From NCBI GenBank assembly GCA_963730185.1, contig CAVSQW010000012.1, positions 320,001-384,000 on the forward strand: a stretch of DNA of 64,000 nucleotides, read 5' to 3'. The notes beneath the pieces were generated by a model, which saw only the letters and a list, made by a program, of their open reading frames with translations, had not been told where the DNA came from and searched no databases. This stretch comes from an uncultured Gemmatimonadales bacterium. Its GTDB lineage: Bacteria > Gemmatimonadota > Gemmatimonadetes > Gemmatimonadales > GWC2-71-9. Shown one piece after another: positions 47,710-57,800 of this stretch (the first letter of the stretch is position 1; every line of letters begins with the position of its first letter). Position numbers and translations under genes: made by a program.

Positions 47710-49346
47710 GGCGGGCGATCGTCACCGGCCTGGTGCTCGCGGCCGTGACCAGCCACGCCGCGGCGCAAGGGAAGGACTCGCTCGCCGCAACCGGCGAGGC
47801 CAGGCCCGCGGCCGACACCGTGCCGGCGGGCCGCCCCGCCGGGCGCGCGGTGGTCACGGCCGTGACCCAGGGTCTGGTCTACGTGGACGCCGGCCGCAAC
47901 GCCGGGGTCCGGGTCGGGAGCGTGCTCCACGTGCCCCGTCTCGGCGATCGGGGCGTATACCGGGTCGCCTTCCTCTCGTCCAAGTCGGCGTCGGCCCGAG
48001 CCGACTCGACCTCGGGGCTGCCGGAAATCGGGGACACCGCGGTGTTCACTCCCGCGGCCGACGACGCGGTGGTCGCGGAACGCCGCTCGGTCGCGCGGGC
48101 CGGCGACGGCGCGCCAGCGACCTGGCGCCGCCACGAGCGAGGCCTCCGCGGCCGGATCGGCTTTCGCTATCTCGGCACCAGTGACAAGATCAGCGGCATC
48201 GCGCTCCGCCAGCCGGGTCTCGAGCTGCTGCTCAACGGGCCCGTCACCCCCGGCGCGCCGGTCGGACTCAACGTCGACATTCGGTCTCGGCGCACGGTGA
48301 TGTACCGGCCCGGCGAAGATGCGGCGACCCAGGCCCTGATGGGCGTCTACCAGGCCGCGGTCCGGTTTCAGGCGGCCCGCGGCCCAGTCCGGCTGGTCCT
48401 GGGCCGCCAGTACGCGCCGACCCTCGCCGGCGTAGGCCTCTTCGACGGCGCCCTGCTCGACCTCCAGCGACCCCGCTGGGGGGCCGGCATCATGGGCGGC
48501 CTCGCGCCGGAACCCGGCTCGCTCGGCCTCTCGTCGGAGATTCGCCAGGTGGGCGGGTACTTCCAGGGCCGGAGCTCCCTGACGGCGCCGGTCCGCTGGA
48601 GCCTCACGCTGGGCGGGATGGGCTCCTACGCCCAGGGGGAGCTGAATCGAGAGTTCGGGTTCTTCCAAGGCACGCTCAGCTCGCGCGTGGTGACGGCCGT
48701 CCTCCTCCAGGAACTCGACCTCAACCGGGGCTGGAAGCTGGCCGCCGGCGAACCGCGGCTCGCCCTCACCAGCACCTTCTTTTCGCTCAACCTGACCCCC
48801 ACCCGCTGGTTCGCGATCAACGGCGGGGTCGACAACCGCCGCAACGTCCGCCTCTACCGCGATCTGGTCACGCCCGAAGAAGTGTTCGACGATCGGTTCC
48901 GCTTCGGCGTCTGGGGCGGTGCCAGCCTGACGATCGCCCGGAAGCTCCGGATCGGTGCCGACACCCGACGGAACTCGGTCCAGGGAGCCGATTCGCTCCA
49001 GACCACGGCCGTCAGCGCCACCCTCAACCTCGATCGGATCACGCCGCTGGGACTCGGGCTTCGCGCTCGGGCCACCCGCTACGAAACCCCGGGTCGCGGG
49101 CCCGGCTGGCTCTACGTCGGGGCGTTTCGAGTCGCTCCGGGGTCGTTCGGCGCGCTCGAGGCGACCGGTGGCAGCAGGCAGGAGATGCAGAGCCCGACCT
49201 CGGACCGGTTCTGGGCCGGCGTGAACGCGGAGGTCTTCGTCCGCCGCTCGTGGTTCGGGCTGTTTTCGTTCACCCGCGAATGGGGCCGAAGCGGCGCCAC
49301 GCCCACCACCGACCAGCTGTACGCCGGACTGAGCTACCGGTTCTAA
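47706..49346 (+). CDS. Outer-membrane beta-barrel protein coupled to the 37-heme cytochrome
   Basis: GTGA overlap; signal peptide ending AAAQ; amphipathic strands; terminal QLYAGLSYRF. Confidence 0.85.
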   Translation: MRRAIVTGLVLAAVTSHAAAQGKDSLAATGEARPAADTVPAGRPAGRAVVTAVTQGLVYVDAGRNAGVRVGSVLHVPRLGDRGVYRVAFLSSKSASARADSTSGLPEIGDTAVFTPAADDAVVAERRSVARAGDGAPATWRRHERGLRGRIGFRYLGTSDKISGIALRQPGLELLLNGPVTPGAPVGLNVDIRSRRTVMYRPGEDAATQALMGVYQAAVRFQAARGPVRLVLGRQYAPTLAGVGLFDGALLDLQRPRWGAGIMGGLAPEPGSLGLSSEIRQVGGYFQGRSSLTAPVRWSLTLGGMGSYAQGELNREFGFFQGTLSSRVVTAVLLQELDLNRGWKLAAGEPRLALTSTFFSLNLTPTRWFAINGGVDNRRNVRLYRDLVTPEEVFDDRFRFGVWGGASLTIARKLRIGADTRRNSVQGADSLQTTAVSATLNLDRITPLGLGLRARATRYETPGRGPGWLYVGAFRVAPGSFGALEATGGSRQEMQSPTSDRFWAGVNAEVFVRRSWFGLFSFTREWGRSGATPTTDQLYAGLSYRF

Positions 49347-49360
49347 GTGGAGTTTCGTCG

Positions 49361-50200
49361 ATGACCAGCGCCAGCACCCCGACCCCGATTCCCGCTTCGC
49401 ACCGGACCACGGGCGTCCAGCGCCGAACCCGGCCGAGCCAGACGCACCTCACGGCTCACTGTCCGGAGTGCGGCACCCTCGCGACCGGCCGGTTCTGCTT
49501 CAGCTGCGGCGCCGCCGTGGGCGAGGAGACCTGTCCCAGTTGCCACGCCGCCTCGCGGCTCGGCAGTAAGTACTGCACCGGCTGCGGCGCGACCATGCAT
49601 CCCGGCGTCCGCGACCGGCTCCGCCAGTTCGCGCCCTGGCTGATCGGGGGCTCGATGTTCGCCGTGCTGCTCGTCGGGATCTTCCGGCCGCTCGGGCAGG
49701 CCGCCCCCGAGCCGCAGGGCCTCGGCGCGCCGCCCCATGCCGCCGCCACCTCGGCGCCGCCCGACCTCAGCACCATGTCACCCCGGGAGCGGTTCAACCG
49801 CCTCTACCAACGGGTCATCACCGCGGCCCAGTCCGGCGACCAGGCCACGGTCAAGCAGTTCACGCCCATGGCCGTGGCCGCATTCGGCCAGCTCGATCGA
49901 GTCGACCCGGACGCCCGATACCACCTGGCCATGCTCGAGCTCCACGTCGGCGACCTGAAAGGCGCCGACGCCCAGGCCGACTCGCTCCGGACGCTCGAAC
50001 CCCAACACCTCTTCGGCTACGTGATCGGGGCGGCCGTGGCGAGCTGGACCAAGGATGACGCCCGCCGGGCGACCATGTATCGAGCCTTCCTGACCCGGTA
50101 CGACACCGAGATGGCCACCAAGAAACCCGAGTATCTGGAGCACCAGGCCATGCTGGTCGAGGTCAAGCGCCAGGCCGACTCGATCCTCAAGACCCCCTGA
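49361..50200 (+). CDS. Double zinc-ribbon, single-TM protein with a helical (TPR-like) extracytoplasmic domain
   Basis: GGAG RBS; CPEC..CFSC..CPSC..CTGC; TM WLIGGSMFAVLLVGIF. Confidence 0.75.
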   Translation: MTSASTPTPIPASHRTTGVQRRTRPSQTHLTAHCPECGTLATGRFCFSCGAAVGEETCPSCHAASRLGSKYCTGCGATMHPGVRDRLRQFAPWLIGGSMFAVLLVGIFRPLGQAAPEPQGLGAPPHAAATSAPPDLSTMSPRERFNRLYQRVITAAQSGDQATVKQFTPMAVAAFGQLDRVDPDARYHLAMLELHVGDLKGADAQADSLRTLEPQHLFGYVIGAAVASWTKDDARRATMYRAFLTRYDTEMATKKPEYLEHQAMLVEVKRQADSILKTP

Positions 50201-50213
50201 TTCCCAGGGCTCC

Positions 50214-52231
50214 TCAGGACTTCTTGGTGTGGCAGGTCTCACACTTGCCCGACAGCGGCCGGTAGAGGAGCCGGCCCGGGCCGGTGGCGGCCGGATCGGG
50301 CCGGTGACAGCTGGCGCAGGGTACGTCGCGATGGCCGCCCTTGAGAGCGAACGAGGCGTCCTTGTCGTGATCGAACCGGCTGGCCGGCGCGAATGCGTCG
50401 GTGCCGTGGCAGGCATCGCAGCGCCCACCGTCCTTCCGGCCGTCGAACTGAGCGCCGTGTACGGTCCGATGGCACTGGGCACAGGCGGTCGGCGCTTCGA
50501 AGGTCAGGGTGGGAAGCCGGCCTCCGCCGGCCACCAGCGTCGACTGGGCGGAATCGGGCAGTCGTTTCGATTCCGAGTGGCAGCCGCTGCAGGGGGTGGC
50601 CCGGTGGGCGCCGGTCAGCGGAAAGGCGAACGCCTCGTGCGCGGTCATCCCCACGGTCGTCGGGCGGAAGGCCCGGGTGTCGTGACACGAGAGGCACCCA
50701 TCCTTCGCGGGCTCGGCCCCTTTCGGACCGAAGCGCCCGGCGTGCGGATCGAGGTGACACGCCGTACAGGTCGGATCCACCCCCTTGAAGGCGAAGCCGG
50801 CCGGTCCCAACGCCCCGGCTCGGTCGAGCGGAGGAAGGCCCTTCCGATCGGCCCCGTGGCAATCCCGGCAGGCGATCTCGCCGTGACGGCCGTCGAGCGG
50901 CAGGCGGAGTTTGGCATGCGCCCCAACGTCGAACCGGCTTGGGGCCCACCCGCTCGGCTCGTGACAGCTGGCACACTCCGATCCGCCCGCGCGGCCGGCG
51001 AGCTGGGCCCCATGCTGGTCCGCATGGCAGCCGGCGCAGGTCGCGAAGGCGGGCCGAACGATCACCCGCGAGGTACCCCACTTCACGGCTCCCACCCCCG
51101 ACTTGTCCTTTCGATGGCAGGCCGAGCACTTCACCGCTTCGTGCTTTCCGAGCAGTGGAAACCTGGTCTTCTGGTGTCGCTCCAGCGGGAACGTCGACGG
51201 GCTGAAGCCGCGCTCGTCGTGGCAGCTGGCACAGTCCACGGGCCGGCCGGTCAGAGTGGCGTTGCCGCCGTGGGCGTCGGCGTGGCAGGCGGTGCAGGTC
51301 CCGAACGCGGGACGCTTGTCCTGCTCGGTGGCGAAGCCGCGATGGCAGGCCGAGCAGGCCGTCGCGGCGTGGCGCCCGCGGAGGGGAAACCTGGTAGCCG
51401 AGTGGTTGAAGCCTCCCCTCGCGATCTGCTTGAACGGGCGAGTGGTCGCGTGGCAGGTGGCGCATTCGGCCCCGAACTGCCCGTTGTGCGGATCGGCGTG
51501 GCAGGCGGCACAGCTGTTGTGCGGCACGGGGCGATACACCGGCACCGGGTGGCCGGCGGCGTCACGCCGAGGCGAGAGGCGGGCTGCCAGGTGGCACTTG
51601 TTGCAGGTGACCGTGGCGTGCCGGCCGGTGAGTGGATAGTCGGTGGTGTCGTGCGCGAACCCCGGGGTGACCTTCCACTTGCCGGTGTCGTGACAGCTCG
51701 CGCATTGGCTGCCGAGCGCCCCCCGGTGCGCGTCCTCGTGGCAGCTGGCACAGGCGGTCTCGAGACCGGTCCAATGCGAGGTGCCGTTCGGGGCGAGGGC
51801 CGCCGCCGGCGACTTCCGGCTGGCGGCCGTGTGACACTTCTCGCAGGTCAGCGCGGCGTGGCTCTTCTCCAGACGCCAGCCGGTCCGGGCGTGATCGAAC
51901 CGCTCCGCGCGGCCATCAGGCCACTTGACCAGCCGGAAGTCCACGCCGGCGTGATCCGGGTGGCAGGTGGCGCAGCGCTCCCCCGGACCGTCGGGCTCCC
52001 GTGATAGCCTCGGTTCCGCCCGGCCAACCAGCCGATGTCCTGGTGACAGGCGACGCACCGGGCCTGCATCGCCTCCTTGCCGCCCGCGTGGCACTTGGTG
52101 CACTTGAGGGTGCCCTCGAGCTCCCGATGCACCCGGGCCAGGGGCCCTGGTGAGACCTGCGCCGAAAGCCCCGCCACCGGCGGGGCCAGCAACAGCAGCA
52201 CCAACCCGACCAGTCGGCCGAGTCGCATCAC
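50214..52231 (-). CDS. Multiheme c-type cytochrome (23 CxxCH) split by a -1 frameshift at 51980-51984
   Basis: Signal peptide + QVSPGPLARVH + 2 CxxCH in one frame, 21 CxxCH in the next; adding one G restores VRG-ERCATCH. Confidence 0.88.
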
Positions 52232-53244
52232 CAGAACCAGGTCATTCCCATCGAGATCACGACGCCCACGTGAATCAGCACCGCCAGCAGCGCGGCCATC
52301 GCAAACGGCCGGTGCGCCACGTGCCAGAGGCGGAACACCCGCTGGGTGGCGGTCAGCATCCTGGCTTGCTGCGTCAGGGCCATCTCTCGGCCCGCCAGCT
52401 TCACCACCCGGCGGAGCGCCCCGCGGTCGAGCCGGTCACCTGTCTTCCGCGTCGCGCAGATCCGGCGGAGCGACCGGGCCGCCCGCCAGCGCGAAAGCTC
52501 GTCGGTCGCCATCCGGCGGACGGTCGCGAGCAACCCGAGACCATCACACGGAGAGGGATCGGAGCGGAGCAACGACTCGACTTGAGCCGCGGGCAGACCG
52601 GAAGTGCGCACGACGTCCTCCAGCAGCCCCCGACGTTCCGCCGCGATCTCTTCGGCGGTGAGCTCGAGACCGCTCGCGCTCCGCGGAATGTGCACGTAGA
52701 GATATCGCCCGGCCACGCCGCTCAGGCAGACCACCATCATCGACCAGAACCCCAGACCGATCACACCGTCGAACCGCCAGCTGGCGTGTACCGCGGCTAG
52801 GACCGGAAGGATCAACGCGGCCGCGACGTGGACATCCAGCCACTTGGACATCGCGCCGGTCCATCGGAGCCACCGGAACTTCTTTCGAAGGGGGTAGAGC
52901 CAGAGAAAGACGAATATGGAAACCGCCAAGATCCCGGCAGTTTGCCCAACGTAGCCCGATGGTCGGAGCCAGACGTGCAAAGGATCGCGCACCCGCTCCG
53001 CGGGCGGCGCCAGGTAGTACGGGGCTCCGAGGACGGTCACGGCAAGCAGCAGGCTCACCGACGCGATGACCGGCGTCCAGGAAGGGCCCCTGCGGCGAGC
53101 GGGAGGGGCCGTCGCGGCCTTCGGCGAGGCCGGGGGCGCCGCCGCGCGCCCCCCAAGGCCTGGCCCCGGATGGAGCGGCGTCACCGGTCGGCCGAGGGCC
53201 GGCTGGCTGGGGCGAACGGTCGAATGCAGCTGCTTCGCGGACAT
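52228..53244 (-). CDS. Inner-membrane protein with two His pairs (cytochrome b/ferric-reductase-like)
   Basis: WLDVH-x13-HASW and WHVAH-x13-HVG in TM helices; GRYLY motif; stop overlaps the cytochrome start. Confidence 0.78.
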   Translation of the reverse strand: MSAKQLHSTVRPSQPALGRPVTPLHPGPGLGGRAAAPPASPKAATAPPARRRGPSWTPVIASVSLLLAVTVLGAPYYLAPPAERVRDPLHVWLRPSGYVGQTAGILAVSIFVFLWLYPLRKKFRWLRWTGAMSKWLDVHVAAALILPVLAAVHASWRFDGVIGLGFWSMMVVCLSGVAGRYLYVHIPRSASGLELTAEEIAAERRGLLEDVVRTSGLPAAQVESLLRSDPSPCDGLGLLATVRRMATDELSRWRAARSLRRICATRKTGDRLDRGALRRVVKLAGREMALTQQARMLTATQRVFRLWHVAHRPFAMAALLAVLIHVGVVISMGMTWFW

Positions 53245-53338
53245 GGATTCCCTGGCTTCGAGCTACCCCACTCAAGGCACAAAGTGTGCGAGATGGAGAC
53301 GCGCGGTCGTCATCTTGCTTGTACACCGTAAGTTGTTC

Positions 53339-53381
53339 CATGACAACGAGATGAACGACTGTTTTTCGCCTCGTTGTCATG
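53339..53381. promoter_or_regulatory. 12-bp perfect inverted repeat in an AT-richer divergent promoter region
   Basis: catgacaacgag (53339-53350) - 19 nt - ctcgttgtcatg (53370-53381); TGACGTCA palindrome at 53385-53392. Confidence 0.5.
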
Positions 53382-53442
53382 AAATGACGTCACGAATCAT
53401 TACAGTAGGAACGGCCCGTTACCTCTCGGCGGGAATTCGGCC

Positions 53443-54804
53443 ATGCTGATTGACGCGGTGTTCGCCGCCGTACTGCTCTTCGCCATCACCACTCACCTCC
53501 TGGGCCACCGCCGGAAGGAGCGGGCCGCCCGAGAAGCGGGCGTGAAGGTCGGCCTCGCCGGTGACGGGCCGCAGGGGCAGCACCCGCACATCGAGATCGA
53601 CGATTGCATCGGCTGCGGCGCCTGCGTCACGGCGTGCCCCGAGGGCGACGTGCTGGCGGTCATCGGCGGCAAGGCCGGAATGGTCAACGGGCACAAGTGC
53701 ATCGGTCACGGTCTCTGCGCGGAGGCCTGTCCGGTCGGCGCGATCGAGATCGTGATGGCGCCGCCTTCCATGTCGGCCGACCTGCCCGCGCTTACGCCGG
53801 AGTACGAGACGTCGGTCGAGAACCTCTTCGTCGTCGGCGAGCTGGGCGGGCTGGCACTGATCAAGAACGCGGTGAATCAGGGCCGCGACGCGGTCGACAC
53901 GATTCTCGAGCGGCTTCCCCGACTCCGGCATCGTCCGGACGTCGGCCCGCCGCCGCTCGACCTGGTGGTCGTCGGGGCTGGTCCGGGCGGCATCTCCGCC
54001 TCGCTCCGAGCCCAGGAGCAGGGCCTGAGCTACCTGTGCCTCGAGGCCGAAGACCTGGGCGGCACGGTGGCGAAGTACCCCCGCCAGAAGCTGGTGATGA
54101 CCAGCCCGGTCGAATTCCCGATGTACGGAAAGTTCAAGAAGCTGGAGATCACCAAGGAGAGTCTCTTGGCGCTCTGGACCAGAGTGGCCGAGACCACGGG
54201 CGGACGGATCCATACCCAGGAGCGGGTCGAGGAGATTCGGCCCGAGGCGACCGGCCGGTTCACCGTGCGCACAGCCAAAGGCGAGTACCAGACGTTGGCG
54301 GTGGTCCTGGCCATCGGCCGCCGGGGCACGCCCCGGAAGCTGGGCGTTCCGGGCGAGGAGCTCCCTCACGTGATGTACAGTCTGCTCGACGCCGAGGCCT
54401 ACACCGGCCGGCGGATCCTGGTCGTGGGCGGCGGCGACAGTGCCGTCGAGGCGGCGATGGGCCTGGCGCACCAGAAGGGCAACCGGGTGGTCCTCTCCTA
54501 CCGGAAGGGCGCCTTCAGCAGGCTCAAGGACCGGAACCAGAAGCGCCTCCAGGACGCGCTCAAGGCCCGACAGCTCGAGGTGGTCTTCGAGTCGGCCCCG
54601 GTCGAGATCCGCCCCGGCACCACCGTCCTCGACGTGGCCGGCGCGCGCCGTGAGGTCGCCGCCGACTACGTGTGGGTCTTCGCGGGCGGCTCGCCCCCCA
54701 AGCCGTTCCTCGAGAAGATCGGCATCCGGTTCGGCCGCCTGGAGCTGAGCGACGCCGCCCACGCTGAAGCCGAGGCCTCGGGCGGGCGGGTCGCGGCCGC
54801 CTGA
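53443..54804 (+). CDS. Membrane-anchored ferredoxin-domain FAD/NAD(P)H oxidoreductase (thioredoxin-reductase-like fold)
   Basis: N-terminal TM; CIGCGACVTACP and CIGHGLCAEACP; GAGPGG, AIGRRG and GGGDSA..SYR motifs. Confidence 0.9.
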   Translation: MLIDAVFAAVLLFAITTHLLGHRRKERAAREAGVKVGLAGDGPQGQHPHIEIDDCIGCGACVTACPEGDVLAVIGGKAGMVNGHKCIGHGLCAEACPVGAIEIVMAPPSMSADLPALTPEYETSVENLFVVGELGGLALIKNAVNQGRDAVDTILERLPRLRHRPDVGPPPLDLVVVGAGPGGISASLRAQEQGLSYLCLEAEDLGGTVAKYPRQKLVMTSPVEFPMYGKFKKLEITKESLLALWTRVAETTGGRIHTQERVEEIRPEATGRFTVRTAKGEYQTLAVVLAIGRRGTPRKLGVPGEELPHVMYSLLDAEAYTGRRILVVGGGDSAVEAAMGLAHQKGNRVVLSYRKGAFSRLKDRNQKRLQDALKARQLEVVFESAPVEIRPGTTVLDVAGARREVAADYVWVFAGGSPPKPFLEKIGIRFGRLELSDAAHAEAEASGGRVAAA

Positions 54805-54827
54805 GCCAGGGGGGCCCCCCGGCTCAG
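54801..54827. terminator. Short palindrome joining two convergent stop codons
   Basis: ctgagcc-a-gggggg/cccccc-ggctcag. Confidence 0.45.
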
Positions 54828-57800
54828 GGACGCTTGACGGGGTCCGGCACCGGCGGATAGAGGCCGGCGTCCGCCAGCCGCCGGTAGAACGCCTTCAGGT
54901 CCGCCAGGAACCCGTTGACGTCGTCCACCGCTCGGGGCACCTCCCGGCGCACCTGATCCACGGACTGGAGGTCCATCCGGGTCGGGGGCGCCATCGCCCC
55001 GCCGATGTTCCCGGCCACCATCCCGACCTTGAACGGCAGCACCTGTCGGAAGATCGCGAAATCGAACTCGAACGGCTCGTCGGGGTTCCGGACGCCGAAC
55101 CGTTGGCGGAGCGAGTCGAGCCGGGTCACGAGCGAGTCGAGGCCGGCCCGGATCGGCCCGGGCACCTTGGTGGAGTCGGCCAGCTCCTTCTTGACGTCGC
55201 GGAGCTGAGTGTTGGCCTGGCGGACCGCGTCGCCGGCGTCCGCGGTGGCGGCCTGGAGCCGCTGGAGCTCCTCCAGGATCCGTTGACGACTCTGCCGATC
55301 CGCTTCGGTGATCTGGATGTCCGGATCGCCGCGGACGTTCACCGGCTTGACCGCCACCTGGGTCCCGTTCACCACCAAAGCCACCTGGTAGGTGCCGGGC
55401 AGCACCACCGGGCCGGGCGTCCCTGGCTCGCCCCCACCGCCGCCGAACAGCGCGGCCAACCCACCCCCACCACCCCCACTCCCCTTCCGGGCCGGTTCGA
55501 TCGGGTTGCTTTGCAGGTTCCAGACCACCGTGTGGACGCCCGGGCTCAGCTTGTCGGCCACCGCCTTGCCCTTGATCGTCCGCACCTCCGCCCCGGAAGC
55601 GTCCCGGACCACCAGCCGGAGACTGTCCGCCTTGGACTTCAACGAATAGGCGATCACCGAGCCGACGGGAGGGTTCTCCCCGAGCCACTGCATGTCGCCC
55701 TCGAACACCCGCTCGCGGTCCTGGGCCGGTGACCGATAGACCGCGGCGGGCACGTCGAACAGGAAGGCGCCGGTGGCGGCCCCGGCGGCGGCGTACTGCT
55801 GGATCGGCGCCAGGTCGTCGAGGATCCAAAGCCCCCGCCCGTGGGTGGCCAGGATCATCGCGTTGTCGCGCGGGTGGAGCGTGATTTCGTAGACCGGCAC
55901 GGTCGGGAGGTTGGCCCGAAGCCGGCCCCAGCTGGCCCCGCGGTTGGTGGTGACGTACACGCCGGTCTCGGTCCCGAGGTAGAGCACGTCGGGATTCTTG
56001 AGGTCCTCGGTGATGGTCCGCGCCACCTCCCCTTTCGGCAGGTTGGTCGCGAGCGAGGTCCAGGTGGTGCCGTAGTCCGGGCTCTGGTAGACGTAGGTGC
56101 CGTAGTCGCCCATCCGATGGCCGTCGAAGGTCGCGTACACGGTACCCTCGGCGAACTTCGAGGGCTCGACCTTGGAGACGTAGGCCCATTTCGGAACCCC
56201 GGCAATCTTCGCCGTCACGTTGGCCCAGGTGGCCCCGCCGTCCCGGGAGACGTTGAGCTGCCCGTCGTCCGACCCCGTGTAATAGAGCCCGGCCTTGAGC
56301 TTCGACTCCGCGATCGTGAACAGGGTGGCGTAGGTCGAGACGCCGTCGTTCTTGGCGATCTTGATGTCCTTACCCTGCACGCCCATGATCTGGAGCGTGT
56401 CGCGGTCCACGCCGGTGGTCAGGTCGGGGCTGATCGCCGCCCAGCTCATGCCCCGGTCGGTCGACTTGAAGAGCTGGTTGGCGCCCACGTAGATCGTGCT
56501 CGGGTCGTGGGGCGAGAGCATCATCGGCGTGTCCCAGTTCCAGCGGTACGGCGCCTCGCCGTCGGCCGGCTCCGGGCGGATGCTCTGCCGCTCGTTCGTG
56601 ACCCGGTCGATCCGGTTCATGAAGCCTTCCTGCGACTCGGCGTAGATGATCCGGTGGTTGGTCGGATCGATCAGGCCGACGAACCCGTCGCCGCCGTTCA
56701 CCACGAACCACGCGTCGTTCCCGATCCCGTCGGCGGAGCGAACCTGGCTGGGCCCGCACCAGGCGTCGTTGTCCTGGAGCCCCCCACAGAGGTTGTAGGG
56801 CTCCTGCAGGTCGAAGCCGACGTGATAGAACTGCCCGACCGGCAGGTTCGGGAGCCACATCCACTTCTTGGCCTTGTCCCAGGTGATGCCGACGCCACCG
56901 TCGCCGCCGATCATCATGTGGTCGGGGTTGTTCGGGTCGATCCACATCGCGTGGAGGTCGACGTGGATCTTCTCGGCCCCGTCGAACCGGAACGTCTTGC
57001 CTCCATCGTCGGAGATCCCGAGCGGGGTCTGGGGCTGATAGACGCGGAGGTCGTTCTCGGGATCGACCCGGACGACCCCGAAGTACATCGGCCGCGAATT
57101 GGAGGAGCCCATCTTCCGCCAGGACATCCCGGCGTCGTCGGAGCGGTAGTAGCCGCCCTCCTTCTCGTGCTCGACCCGGGCGTAGATCACGCTCGGATTC
57201 TTGCGCCAGATGTCGAGCCCAATCCGGCCCATGGCGCCTTTCGGGAGCCCCTTTTCGAGCCGGGTCCAGGTCCGGCCGGCGTCGGCGGTCTTGTAGATCC
57301 CGCTCGCGGCGCCGCCGCCGTTCATGCCCCAGGTGGTTCGCCGCCGCTGGTAGACCGCCGCATAAAGCACCTTGTCGTTCATCGGGTCCATCACCAGCTC
57401 GGTCCCGCCGGCGTCGGGTCCGCCATCGAGCACCCGGGCCCAGGTGAGCCCGCCGTCCGTGGTTTTGTAGACGCCCCTGTCGCCGCCCGACCTCCAGAGA
57501 TCGCCCAAGGCCGCGACGTAGACCACGTCGTGGTCGATCGGGTCGACCACGATCCGGGCCACCTGCTTCGAGTCCCGGAGCCCCATGTTCTTCCAGCTGA
57601 GCCCGCCGTCGGTCGACTTGTAGACCCCGTCGCCCCAGCTCGAGCTCTGCCGGTTGTTGTTCTCGCCGGTCCCGACCCAGACCAGGTTCGGATCGTTCTG
57701 TGCGATGGTCACCGTGCCGATCGAGGCCATCCCGGCCGAGTCGAACACGGAGGCGAAGGTGACCCCGCCGTTGGTGGTCTTCCAGAGGCCGCCGGTGGCA

